From a virus, in IMG/VR virus record IMGVR_UViG_3300028392_000045, positions 1 to 64,000 of that record: DNA of 64,000 nt, one strand, 5' to 3'. Of the stretch, positions 9,734 to 19,817 are shown piece after piece; the first letter of the stretch is position 1, and each line of letters starts with the position of its first letter. Under the pieces are notes generated by a model, which saw only the letters and a program-made list of their open reading frames with translations, did no database searches and was not told the origin of the DNA. A program made the translations under genes and the position numbers.

Positions 9734-12700
9734 TTACATCTCTTTAAGTCTGTTACTAGAATTTGTCAAATCCAATATGATCTTTACATTATCAGTAGGA
9801 TTAAAGAACAACCGAATGTAAAAATACTTATCATTTATTGGAATTTGGTTCCATTGAGACATATTATAGTTAATATTTACAGGTACTTTGTCAGTAAAGT
9901 AATTATTTTTTATATCTGCCCAGTTCTTTGAGTATACTAAATTAGATGTACTTAAGTCTCTAATAGCTGCTATTCGATAATTTTGAGAAGCTGCTGTTAC
10001 TACTTTAGTTTGATTATTCCATCCTGTAGTATATAAAGGTTTTGGTATAAGTTTTTGTAAACCAGTAGATTGCTGTTTAGTATATACCATAAACCTATCA
10101 AAAGTAGGATAATCTACATCTTGTTCTCCTATTAAACTTTGTGCGTAATATTCTACAACTTCAAGATCAGATGTTTGCTGACTATGAATATTGTATTCTA
10201 CTATAAAGTCTTTTTTACTATTAAAAAATCTTTGATAGTTTTGAGAATCATGTTTCCAAATACTATTCCTACCTATTGTATTATCTCCAATGACATATAA
10301 GCCATCGTAGTCAGAAAACATTAGACTAGGAAAATAACTATGAAAAGAAATAAAGCTATCAAATATAAAAGAATAACTTATAGTATAACTTTTATTCTCA
10401 AAGTAGTTATTGAAAGTAAAATCTACTTGATAGTCATCCTTGTAATAAACTCCATTCTTTTTCTTAATAGTAGAATCTATCTGCTTGTAATCATATTTAG
10501 ATAATATAAGCCTTTTAAATCTAGGATCATAAGCTACTTGAATATATCCTTCTGTAATATTCAAAGGTAAATTCTCTTTGAACCATTGTTGACAGCCACT
10601 AGTAAAATCAGTCAATTCCTTAAAGCCATCAGAGAATAAGAATACCTGACCTGTTTGTGAATCTACAGTAACCCAACCAAATTCAGTAGTACAATGATCT
10701 AGGAATCCTAAACCACCACCAAATCCGTAATCTGTCTTGACCATCTGTGCAGGAGGTATACTTAAAAAATCTCCTGAACCTATATACAAAGCTCCTACAT
10801 CTGTATTAAGCTGTTGTGGGTTAGGAGACAGAGCAAATATGTTTTTAGTACTTCTTACTAGCAATCTATTTCTATCGTAATACAAAGCAGTAATAGGAGA
10901 AGTACCTACTGTAGTAAAATTTTCTGATAAATAAATTCTAAAATTATCTTTTGTCTCTTCAGAAAAAGAAGCTAAAGACCAGACTATTCTATTTTGAAAT
11001 TTATTACTACATAGATTACAATAGTTGTAAGTTAAAGGTACAGGAGGATATATCTTACCTAAGAAATGTTTTCGATAGTCTTGATTGTAATAATAATATT
11101 CTCCTAGAGTATCTGTACTATTTAGTGAGCTTAAAGTATTAAGTACTAAGTTTTTTAATTGTATAGCATCAAATCTAGGACTAATACCTGTAGAATCTAC
11201 TACAGCAAGTTTGTTTAAGTAGTAAGTTATTAAATCTCCACCAGTGTAAGTAAGAAATTGATTCAAACCATTTATTCGTAGTGAGAAGTTAATATCTGAT
11301 TCTACCCAATAAGGAGCTGTTTGCCCTTTGAATACATAGTCTGATTTACTAAATAATCCATTTCTATCTGTACCTCTAAAATAAATATTATGTACTTGGA
11401 ATGGAGTTATAAAAGTATCTCCATTATAAAAAGTAGCTGTTGTAGCTTTAATATCTGTATGTAGTAATTTATAGTTTAGTGTAGTTAAATTTTGATAAGG
11501 AGTAATAATTTGCTTCTTTAGAATATACTTATTAGTTCCTGCTACAACAGCTTTATAGTTAAGATTTAAGAAATTTACATTATTGGAGAAACTTAGATTT
11601 ACTAAAGTCTTATTCTGTTCATCAATAAATTCAGATAGCAAATCTATATAGTAAGAGTTATTTACTTTCTCGTATACTTCAGTTTGGTTACTGTATACAG
11701 GATTTAGAATTTCTGCTTGTACTCTTAGTTTTCTATTAATACCAGAAGGCAAAGCATAATCTGCATCTGTCTCACCTAATGAAGTAAGATCAATATTTTT
11801 TACTATAGAAATGTAGTCAGCTCTAATTGCTTTGTTTGCTAAATCTTCAGGAGTAAATACAGTAACTCTACTAGAGTTCTTTAGTGGCAAATTAAGTCTA
11901 TCAAACTCAATCCAAGTATCTCCTGAGTTAGCATCTAAAGATCCAGTAGCATAATTAGCATTTTGAAATAAAATACCTCCTGTGTTTACAGTTCTATTAT
12001 TAGGGTCTCTAGGTACATAAAGTAATCTATATCCTATAGTGCCTGTAGGAAGCGTTACAGTGGCTTTTACGCCTAGCTGAGTATTGATAGGTAAGTTTGC
12101 TTTACTAGGGAATCTATGATAGCGTACAGGCTTTCCTTGTAAGTCTCCATATATAAAATTACCATTACAGTCCTTGGTTGTAGGGTAAGTCTCATTAGTT
12201 TGATAATAGCCAAATCTACCATCTGGTCTTGCTGTAGAATATACTTTCCAATTGGGTAGACTTACATTATTACCTGATGTTACAGGATTAACTGTAAGGT
12301 ATTGTGCTTCTGATATAGGAAAGTTCTTTACTTGTAAGTCAGTAGAATCTGGTTCTACACCGGGAATATGAAACGCAGGAGAAAATGTATTATCTGAATA
12401 AGCATATTGTATAGCAAAAGCATAAATCTCATCAGATTGAAAAGTAGATTTTGCTTCATATTTGCTAATTGCTTGAGATGTCCATTCTAGTTTTACAGTA
12501 TTAGCAGCTCTTTGTAAAGTAGAAAAGTCTTTATAGTTACTACTTACATTAGCTCGTACAAGTCTTTTATCTACTATAGTTAAAGCTTGAGAAGTATCGT
12601 ACACTACAGGATCTACTAAAAGTGAGTCTATAGTAGATCTTAAAGCACCTGACAGTCCTGTATAAGTAAAAGAAATACTTTGTGAAGTAGGGATAAGATT

Positions 12701-13456
12701 AGGAAGCTCATACACTGCTACACCATTTCCTTCAATAGCAGCAAGTACAAAAAGCTTTATATAAGGATAATTAGTATCTACGTTATTAATTGTAAGCTGA
12801 ATACTTTTATTGATTCTATTTATACCTCCACTATCAGAATCAAATACACCTAGATTTAAGTTAGGTACATTAGTAAATACTTCATCAGATATGTCTGAAG
12901 TTACAATAGCATTACCTAATTCATCTACTAATCTAGCAGCAAAAGAGTAGGAACCTATTTCTATAAGGCCACCTGAATTTTGTAATACAGCAGAATCTAC
13001 TACAGGTTTCTTTACAGCAGATTGTAATCTAAGCTCGTTAACAGATTGAATTAAGTTAACTCTATCTAAATTAATTACTCTATCTGGATTAATCCCATCA
13101 ATGAAGTAAATAACTCTATCACATCCATTAAGTAGTCTATATTCTCCTTTAATCCAAGAAGTAAAATTAAGTCCTGAATCTGTATATTTAGTAACGTAAT
13201 TATCTTTAGTGAGTATACCAATTTCTCCTACTAAGCCATTCTGTGAGAAGATGCACTGCTCACCTCTTTCCATATTGACTACACCATAGATAGTACCAGA
13301 AATGTATCTAATTAGTCTATTACCTATTTCATTCTGATAATGATAAGGATTACCTACTTTATCGTCAACTTGTGCATTAAGTGCATAAGTTACTGACTGC
13401 TCATTAACATCAGAAGAGAAAGTATCTAGCGTTAAACCTTTTGATGGTCTGTTCAT
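9734..13456 (-). CDS. Tail muzzle / tail stabilisation protein (probable start ATG 13456, MNRPSKG)
   Basis: About 1240 aa. YALNA near the N-terminus, FQSDEIYAFAIQY..SPAFHIPG, and a C-terminal YTISYS..FISFHSY, all typical of crAss-like muzzle proteins. Confidence 0.8.
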   Translation of the reverse strand: MNRPSKGLTLDTFSSDVNEQSVTYALNAQVDDKVGNPYHYQNEIGNRLIRYISGTIYGVVNMERGEQCIFSQNGLVGEIGILTKDNYVTKYTDSGLNFTSWIKGEYRLLNGCDRVIYFIDGINPDRVINLDRVNLIQSVNELRLQSAVKKPVVDSAVLQNSGGLIEIGSYSFAARLVDELGNAIVTSDISDEVFTNVPNLNLGVFDSDSGGINRINKSIQLTINNVDTNYPYIKLFVLAAIEGNGVAVYELPNLIPTSQSISFTYTGLSGALRSTIDSLLVDPVVYDTSQALTIVDKRLVRANVSSNYKDFSTLQRAANTVKLEWTSQAISKYEAKSTFQSDEIYAFAIQYAYSDNTFSPAFHIPGVEPDSTDLQVKNFPISEAQYLTVNPVTSGNNVSLPNWKVYSTARPDGRFGYYQTNETYPTTKDCNGNFIYGDLQGKPVRYHRFPSKANLPINTQLGVKATVTLPTGTIGYRLLYVPRDPNNRTVNTGGILFQNANYATGSLDANSGDTWIEFDRLNLPLKNSSRVTVFTPEDLANKAIRADYISIVKNIDLTSLGETDADYALPSGINRKLRVQAEILNPVYSNQTEVYEKVNNSYYIDLLSEFIDEQNKTLVNLSFSNNVNFLNLNYKAVVAGTNKYILKKQIITPYQNLTTLNYKLLHTDIKATTATFYNGDTFITPFQVHNIYFRGTDRNGLFSKSDYVFKGQTAPYWVESDINFSLRINGLNQFLTYTGGDLITYYLNKLAVVDSTGISPRFDAIQLKNLVLNTLSSLNSTDTLGEYYYYNQDYRKHFLGKIYPPVPLTYNYCNLCSNKFQNRIVWSLASFSEETKDNFRIYLSENFTTVGTSPITALYYDRNRLLVRSTKNIFALSPNPQQLNTDVGALYIGSGDFLSIPPAQMVKTDYGFGGGLGFLDHCTTEFGWVTVDSQTGQVFLFSDGFKELTDFTSGCQQWFKENLPLNITEGYIQVAYDPRFKRLILSKYDYKQIDSTIKKKNGVYYKDDYQVDFTFNNYFENKSYTISYSFIFDSFISFHSYFPSLMFSDYDGLYVIGDNTIGRNSIWKHDSQNYQRFFNSKKDFIVEYNIHSQQTSDLEVVEYYAQSLIGEQDVDYPTFDRFMVYTKQQSTGLQKLIPKPLYTTGWNNQTKVVTAASQNYRIAAIRDLSTSNLVYSKNWADIKNNYFTDKVPVNINYNMSQWNQIPINDKYFYIRLFFNPTDNVKIILDLTNSSNRLKEM

Positions 13457-13457
13457 A

Positions 13458-13533
13458 CTGTTGGATCTTACTGTAAAAATTTTCAATTTTGACTGTCAGT
13501 CAGAGGTTTCACTTCTGACAGTAGATCTGACTG
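13458..13533 (-). repeat. Nested double-hairpin elements (inner copy 13471-13521 inside the loop of an outer arm)
   Basis: Minus strand: CAGTC-AGATCTA-[CTGTC-AGAAGTGAAACCTCT-GACTG-A-CAGTC-AAAATTGAAAATTTT-TACAG]-TAAGATCC-AACAG. Confidence 0.8.
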
Positions 13534-13556
13534 CTTGCCTTTAAATTATACTAAAA

Positions 13557-14621
13557 TTAAGATGCGTAGAGTGTACGATAGTTACCAGAATATCTATGAG
13601 AATACTGTCTGTGTAGTAATGAAGGTACTTTAGTATATCTATGTCCTCCATATACTAACTCTAATTGTTTTACTAGATCAATATTCATTAATGTAAGCTG
13701 TGATTTAGCATGTGCAAATAAAGCATTACATTCTTGAGTAAGCATCTGGTATAGGGCTTGATCTTGTCTGAAGTTATTCTGTAACATTAGTTTTTCGTAC
13801 ATGAATTTCTTTTCTATGTACTTAGCAAGATACATATGAAGTGAGTTAGGTTCTTGAGGTATTAGATAATTACCATCTTCATCCATCATAGGTATAGTGT
13901 AAGTAACTAGTACTGTACCTTCAGAAAAAGAAAATTCTAAAGTATTACCATTGGCTACATAAGTAGGAGAACCCTCTGTACATAAACCTTTAGAAGTATA
14001 TCCATTTACTTTCTTAATTGGAGAAGTATTAGGAGTTTGAAAAGTTTGGTTAGTAAATAGAGCTGCTTGATAGATATTAGGCGCTGTATCTGTAGGATTA
14101 GTATATACAGATTCCATAGATACTACATTGTAGCTATTACCTACTACATGGTTTGTAATTGTAATAGTATTTCCTACTACTGTATAATCTGTATTAGGAA
14201 AAAGATAAGATCCATTTTTAAATACAAAAAGATTATCTCCTTGAGTAAGTACTCCTCCATTTTCTGTCCATACCAGAGTAGCAGGTACTACTTGAGTAAA
14301 ATTCTGTACAAAAGTCTTTACATCTTTTTGTAATAGATTGTCACCAGAATAATATGCTGATCTAGTAAGTAGGAAGTTTAAGTCATTGAATGTTTGATCA
14401 CATAGTTCTACTTTAACTTCACGTATAGCAGACTGAGGTAACATCATCCTATGATTAGTAACCTGAAACATATCTACATCTTTTACAGTCTGTATACCAG
14501 GAAATTTAAGATTGCGATAACCTTCTAAAGCCCAGGATATGAGTTGATCATTATCTGCTTCTTGATAATGAACGGCTTTACTTACTTGATTGAGAACAGC
14601 GTTTATTGGGACAAACATCAT
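13557..14621 (-). CDS. Tail ring (tubular) protein with an inserted beta-rich domain
   Basis: Adjacent to the muzzle gene. C-terminal FSFSEGTVLVTY..MMDEDGNYLIP motif; internal VFKNG...DYTVVGNTIT insert. Confidence 0.65.
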   Translation of the reverse strand: MMFVPINAVLNQVSKAVHYQEADNDQLISWALEGYRNLKFPGIQTVKDVDMFQVTNHRMMLPQSAIREVKVELCDQTFNDLNFLLTRSAYYSGDNLLQKDVKTFVQNFTQVVPATLVWTENGGVLTQGDNLFVFKNGSYLFPNTDYTVVGNTITITNHVVGNSYNVVSMESVYTNPTDTAPNIYQAALFTNQTFQTPNTSPIKKVNGYTSKGLCTEGSPTYVANGNTLEFSFSEGTVLVTYTIPMMDEDGNYLIPQEPNSLHMYLAKYIEKKFMYEKLMLQNNFRQDQALYQMLTQECNALFAHAKSQLTLMNIDLVKQLELVYGGHRYTKVPSLLHRQYSHRYSGNYRTLYAS

Positions 14622-15130
14622 TTTTCAATTAACTTGTTAAAAATAGTTACATTAGCTGAATCTATTAATTTGTCTAATGCATTAGGATTAGCTTTAAAAT
14701 ATTCACAACAATGAATATAAGCTACTTTAGGTGCTAGTGAAATATGCCAAAAACCAAAGACATCATTTTTTACTGAACCTACATGTCTAGGTTTAAAGTT
14801 AAAACCATTGACTGCATATTTAGTACGATAAACAATATCTTCTTTTATCATTTTAGTACGTACAGGAGATCCAGTTCTTTCCTCTACTTTTTTCCAAGAA
14901 GCTAACCAGTCTACTCTATTTGTTAAATCACTCTTATATTTGAATAGACTTACTTTTCTTTGTTTAGAACTAACAGGATATACATTCCCTTCTGCTAAAT
15001 ATTCAGTAGTAAGTAAATAGTATTTCTTAACTAGTCTAAGATAAGTTAAATAAGTTAATTCAGGATGTTTATGTTTATTGTCTTTCCAATAAGCATCAGC
15101 AGCACTAAAATAAGTTATCTTTTTAGCCAC
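14618..15130 (-). CDS. Basic protein, possibly the IHF-like tail-module gene of crAss-like phages
   Basis: 170 aa, Lys-rich, with VDWLASWK; located between ring genes. Confidence 0.45.
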   Translation of the reverse strand: MAKKITYFSAADAYWKDNKHKHPELTYLTYLRLVKKYYLLTTEYLAEGNVYPVSSKQRKVSLFKYKSDLTNRVDWLASWKKVEERTGSPVRTKMIKEDIVYRTKYAVNGFNFKPRHVGSVKNDVFGFWHISLAPKVAYIHCCEYFKANPNALDKLIDSANVTIFNKLIEK

Positions 15131-15762
15131 TATCGTATTTCTGGATTTTTATCTGATGTCGTATCTTCTTTCCTAGAAAAAGAGAAACGTAACAGATTCA
15201 ATACTTTAAAATAAATCTCATCAGCATCCATTTGTCCAAATCCAGCATCCATATCATATACATCCAAACAAGGATTAGAACCACAGTATTGTATATCTGC
15301 CCACTCTATAATATTTTCCCATAATCCATTTAGACGTACTATAGGTAGAGTAAGATTATTATAGATTTGTAGTCTATCATTAATCAAATTCCATCTAGTA
15401 GCTTTTGATTTAATAGGATCAAACTTAGAATAAAGTAATTCGGTCTCTGTACTATAGCCAAAAGTATTACCTCCTAAATCTGATACTGTCATCAAATCCT
15501 TGTAGCCATTATTAACTACTTTAGGAATAGTATATTTTGATACTAAGATATTACAACCTGTATCACTTACACAAGCACAGTTATGAGCTTTAGCAGGTAT
15601 TAATTCTATACAAAACATAGACCTATTATGAGGTACATCTAACTTCTCTGGATTTTTACAAGTAGCTATCATTGACCATAAAAAACTATCTGTATAGTTA
15701 GAGTCATCTGATACTTCTTTAATTAAAACCCTCAATGTACTTACGGCTTCTCCAATCCTCAT
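15130..15762 (-). CDS. Tail ring protein, Cys-rich
   Basis: 210 aa with CIEL..C.C....C.IL.SK..IPK; assigned by synteny. Confidence 0.65.
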   Translation of the reverse strand: MRIGEAVSTLRVLIKEVSDDSNYTDSFLWSMIATCKNPEKLDVPHNRSMFCIELIPAKAHNCACVSDTGCNILVSKYTIPKVVNNGYKDLMTVSDLGGNTFGYSTETELLYSKFDPIKSKATRWNLINDRLQIYNNLTLPIVRLNGLWENIIEWADIQYCGSNPCLDVYDMDAGFGQMDADEIYFKVLNLLRFSFSRKEDTTSDKNPEIR

Positions 15763-16538
15763 AGTAGTAATTTTATAATGTCAGGAGAATTAGGAATATC
15801 AAATGGCCTAATTTTATCTCTGACGTGGATAATTTTCATTTTTCCTATCTTTAAGCTAGTATATTTTTCAATACAATGCTTATACATATTTAACTGTAAT
15901 GTATACTTATTAAAATTACAATCAGACATAAATTCAATAGGTGCTTTCATAGATTGAAATTTGTTATTGAATTTGATCTCTTTGTCTGTCTTATAATCAT
16001 GTAGCTCTATTTCTCCAGTTAAAGTATTAAAAAATAAAGCATCTAGTTGTCCAGCAATCTCAGCATCATAATCAGCTACTATAAATTCTGACTTTAGTAG
16101 TGCAAGATGTCTATTCTGTTCTACATAATCTTTGATTTCTTTATTGACAGAATTCATCTTGCCAACAAAAGCATATTCAAAGATTTTATGCATATCAGTA
16201 CCTCTTGTTTTACCTTCATCTCCTTTAATAGTCCATTCCTTTTTAAGATCTGATTTCATTATTTTCAGATCATCGTAGTAATACATTGTACCATTGACTC
16301 TAATATGTTCATAAGGTACATCTGCTTTACTATGGCTTTCTACATTTAGTCCTATACCTTGTAAGGTCTTGTAAGTAAGCCAATAGTTCTCATGAAAATC
16401 AGGAACAAACTTCTTTATGAAAGTAGTAACTGATATAAAAGGTACGTCTTCTTTACCTGCTTCAGTTTTAAAGTACTTGTGCGTATCTTCATAGAAAATA
16501 ATATCATTGAATGTATTAAGCTCTATAAAGTCTGCCAT
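15759..16538 (-). CDS. PD-(D/E)XK exonuclease
   Basis: SVTT, RGTDMH, AGQLD...HDYKT and YTLQLNMY motifs; probable start at MADF (16538). Confidence 0.85.
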   Translation of the reverse strand: MADFIELNTFNDIIFYEDTHKYFKTEAGKEDVPFISVTTFIKKFVPDFHENYWLTYKTLQGIGLNVESHSKADVPYEHIRVNGTMYYYDDLKIMKSDLKKEWTIKGDEGKTRGTDMHKIFEYAFVGKMNSVNKEIKDYVEQNRHLALLKSEFIVADYDAEIAGQLDALFFNTLTGEIELHDYKTDKEIKFNNKFQSMKAPIEFMSDCNFNKYTLQLNMYKHCIEKYTSLKIGKMKIIHVRDKIRPFDIPNSPDIIKLLL

Positions 16539-17229
16539 TAAAAAAGAACCCGTCTTTGTATTCAATTTGCTGGACATGCGTGTTATTATTTTTGTCTAAG
16601 TATATTACCATAAATCCATTAATCCATTTACTCTTTTCTGCTAGTCCAATGTAGTTAAATGCTTTGTGATTTTTATCACCTCCCCAGCCTATGTTGTAGC
16701 CACTAAATTTATTTTCATAATAAGCTCCCATTCTATGAGTATGAGCAAAAACACAAGATTCATTTAATTCGTCTACATGTTTTTTACAAGCATTAGCAGA
16801 AGTCCATACACCATGTAATAAAGTCAAATCACCTAATTGATACCTAGCAGTTTGCCAGTCATCTAAAACTTCCCATTCTCTTTGTTCGAATAGAAGTTTT
16901 TTACTTAAATCAGGAATAGAGTATTTTGCAATCTCATTATTCTTCTGCATCTTTTTAACTCGCTGTTCGTGATTACCATACATGTAGGTAACGTTCCCTG
17001 GAATTAAATCAAGCAACTCGTTTGTTAAGCTTGTTTCTTCCTCATAATCAGTCCACTTCAGTGCTCCTATATTATGTGAACTCATAGAATGCAAATCTAT
17101 TCCATCTCCTAAAATAATAGTTCTTGTAGGTTTAATGTCGTGCATAAGCTGCAACATGCAATTATACATTCCCTTATTTTGGTAAGGAAAATGTAAACAA
17201 CCAGCGATCACGTAATAACCTGTTTCCAT
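16516..17229 (-). CDS. Calcineurin-like metallophosphoesterase
   Basis: CLH (in place of DxH), GDGID, GNHE, HG and AHTH motifs. Confidence 0.85.
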   Translation of the reverse strand: METGYYVIAGCLHFPYQNKGMYNCMLQLMHDIKPTRTIILGDGIDLHSMSSHNIGALKWTDYEEETSLTNELLDLIPGNVTYMYGNHEQRVKKMQKNNEIAKYSIPDLSKKLLFEQREWEVLDDWQTARYQLGDLTLLHGVWTSANACKKHVDELNESCVFAHTHRMGAYYENKFSGYNIGWGGDKNHKAFNYIGLAEKSKWINGFMVIYLDKNNNTHVQQIEYKDGFFFNGRLYRA

Positions 17230-17267
17230 TATTTAAATTTAGAACCTATACATTTATAGGTTTATGA

Positions 17268-19166
17268 TCAAGGATAAGTACATCCAAAATATGCAGTGTC
17301 ACCTATTGTAACTTCTCCACAATTACCAACAACAACAATACGTGCTATATGGTTAAAATTACAAAGTATTGGATAATCTACTGTAGCTACCCCAGCCGAT
17401 AAAGAAGTAAATGAAATAGTTTCGTAGAAGTTTCCTGGTATTGCTGGAGTACCTGGAGAAGCTATTCTATATAGTTTAGCTCTTAGATTACTCAAGTTAA
17501 CATCTGCTGATACTGTAACTCCAATTCTAAAGGTATTTGTAGCTCCACCAGAAGGAAGTAAGAAACTACCTGTAATAGTAGATCCAGAATACTGTCTATG
17601 CTCTACAGTAACGTTTGTAGAAGTAATTCCTAAAGTGTAAGTAAAGGTATAAGTACCTGAGTTTTTACTAGTATAAGATACTGCTGTAGGTGAAGCTAAG
17701 GAAACTGTAGAAGGATTACCTCCTGCTTGTGTCCAAGTACCACCTCCTGAATAACCTATAATCAAAGAAGTTAAATCTATTGTACCTTGATTACATACAT
17801 AACCTGCTGTACCTGTTCCTGCTGATACGTTGGTAACACTGATTGTAACGTTAGCAGATGTTTTATTATTAAGACCTACACCTTGTACTACAATCGTATC
17901 AGATCCAGTAGCAGAAGCTATGTATTGTAGTTGTCCATTTACTATAGTCAAAACACCTTTAGTAGGTGCAGTAACTACATTATAGCTTACAATAGGCACA
18001 CTAAATCTACCTGCTAGGTTATCTGTTACTAATACATTAACTCCACCACTTAGACTGAAGTTAGAAGCTGTAGGAGTAGGATAGTCATAAGGATCAATAT
18101 AAATATCAGCAGCATCAGACCATACTCCAGAAGTATTAGCTACTCTTACTCTAATTCTATCAAAACCAACTGAAGTATTAGTATATCTAATAGTACCAGG
18201 AGCTACAAGAATAGCTGATCCAGTTGCAGTAGTTAAAGTACCACCGGATACACTCTGCCCTGTAGTAGGAATAAATGTAAGAGTAGATAAATCTGCATTT
18301 GGAGGTAGTACTAAAGGATAATCAGTAGTAGTACTTACACCTGCTATTTTCTTAGTAACATCTAAAACTGTAGGAACTCCAGGAACAGAACATAGATTTA
18401 CTTTTACTGCTACTTGAGAATTTTTAGTAAATACACCTAAAGTATTCTTTATTCTTAAAGTATAAGTAAAATTAGAGTTTACAAAAGGCTTACTAAACTG
18501 CATTGAACTAGGTGAAGTCTTAGTTTTTGTAATGCTATTATCATCTAGTATAATAAGACTATCAAGATCTAAAAAACCTACTCCAGTATTGACAAAATTG
18601 ACATTCCAAACTAAAGTATTATTCTGACAAGCAGCTATAACAGAATAGCTATTCTGAATGACCGGATAAGGTATAGGTAAAGTATAGGTAGATGATGCTG
18701 TACAACCATTGCTGTCAGTTACGTAAAGTAGTACTTGAGTATTAGCTACTGTAATATCTGCTTTAGGTATAAGTTGTATAGCTGCTGTATTTACTCCAGT
18801 AGCATCAAACAAACCTGAGTCATACAACCAGTACATAGTATATGGTGCAGTACCTCCTAAAATAGTTCCTGTTACAGCTAGAGTACCAGTAGGATTGGTA
18901 GTTACTGTAAGAGAATTACAAGGATCTGTAATACTCACTACTTGAGATAATGTACAGCCATTATTATCTACTCCTTTAGCAGTTATAGTAGAGCTATAAC
19001 AAGCTGTATCTGGAAAGTCAAATGTAGCTTTAATACTAAAAACTGGATTAGTAGATCTACCTGACGGTGTGCTAATATTAACACAAGGTGAAGAAGATGT
19101 AATAGTCCAGTCTACATATGATGCACCAGGAAAATTAAAGTTTATAGTCTTTTTGATAGTACTCAT
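17268..19166 (-). CDS. Ig-like / SprB-repeat-containing structural (fibre or decoration) protein
   Basis: Thr/Ser-rich. GGTAPYTMYW...VTDSNGCT SprB-like repeat and a TAPTKGVLTI cadherin/Big-like motif; probable start MSTIKK at 19166. Confidence 0.6.
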   Translation of the reverse strand: MSTIKKTINFNFPGASYVDWTITSSSPCVNISTPSGRSTNPVFSIKATFDFPDTACYSSTITAKGVDNNGCTLSQVVSITDPCNSLTVTTNPTGTLAVTGTILGGTAPYTMYWLYDSGLFDATGVNTAAIQLIPKADITVANTQVLLYVTDSNGCTASSTYTLPIPYPVIQNSYSVIAACQNNTLVWNVNFVNTGVGFLDLDSLIILDDNSITKTKTSPSSMQFSKPFVNSNFTYTLRIKNTLGVFTKNSQVAVKVNLCSVPGVPTVLDVTKKIAGVSTTTDYPLVLPPNADLSTLTFIPTTGQSVSGGTLTTATGSAILVAPGTIRYTNTSVGFDRIRVRVANTSGVWSDAADIYIDPYDYPTPTASNFSLSGGVNVLVTDNLAGRFSVPIVSYNVVTAPTKGVLTIVNGQLQYIASATGSDTIVVQGVGLNNKTSANVTISVTNVSAGTGTAGYVCNQGTIDLTSLIIGYSGGGTWTQAGGNPSTVSLASPTAVSYTSKNSGTYTFTYTLGITSTNVTVEHRQYSGSTITGSFLLPSGGATNTFRIGVTVSADVNLSNLRAKLYRIASPGTPAIPGNFYETISFTSLSAGVATVDYPILCNFNHIARIVVVGNCGEVTIGDTAYFGCTYP

Positions 19167-19393
19167 GAAATAGTTATTGTAGGAGTAGTGCAAGTAAATG
19201 ATGTTACAGTAATAGCAGCAGTACAGTTATTAGTTACTGTAAAAGGTGTACAAGGATCTATCAAGTTAGCAGTGGGATAACCACAATCATTTGCATAGTA
19301 AGCTAAGAAGTAAGGATTGATTTTACAATTCTCACAAGGCATACCATATAAATGCTTGTTGACTACATTATGAATTACATCCGCAATTGTCAT
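19163..19393 (-). CDS. Small Cys-rich structural protein
   Basis: 76 aa, overlaps both neighbouring genes. Confidence 0.6.
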   Translation of the reverse strand: MTIADVIHNVVNKHLYGMPCENCKINPYFLAYYANDCGYPTANLIDPCTPFTVTNNCTAAITVTSFTCTTPTITIS

Positions 19394-19775
19394 CTATCTC
19401 TGCTTTAAGTAAATTGAATAAATTCTTAACATCAGTACAGTTTGCACACTGACCTGCTTTAGATAATAGAAAATACCATTCAGCTACATTAGATAAATTA
19501 TTATCTACTACAGCTTTTACTACTTTGCATTTATAGCTTTGATCTACAAAATAGCAAGCAGTTTCTTTTGTTACTACATTACCTGTAGAAGTAATTACAA
19601 GTATAAACTCATAAATACCATCTTTAGGAGATAGCGCAAAAGTATAATTACCTTGAGTTACAGTATAAACTGCATCATTGATATATAACTTGACACCTGT
19701 AATATTAGTCCAAGAAGCTAAACTTGGAGATGCTATTGTCCAGGTGATGTAATCGTTACTCAGACTGACTGTCAC
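19368..19775 (-). CDS. Putative tail hub/ring protein
   Basis: 135 aa, GTG start, DGIYEF motif and C-terminal NCGC. Confidence 0.55.
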   Translation of the reverse strand: MTVSLSNDYITWTIASPSLASWTNITGVKLYINDAVYTVTQGNYTFALSPKDGIYEFILVITSTGNVVTKETACYFVDQSYKCKVVKAVVDNNLSNVAEWYFLLSKAGQCANCTDVKNLFNLLKAEIDDNCGCNS

Positions 19776-19817
19776 GGTATGTAAATTTTACTTTGTTTTT
19801 TTAATAATGCAATATAA

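Noticed and set aside
15759-16538. Cas4 or a CRISPR system
   Set aside because: The nuclease lacks the Cas4 four-Cys cluster pattern, and no repeat-spacer array was found in the window.
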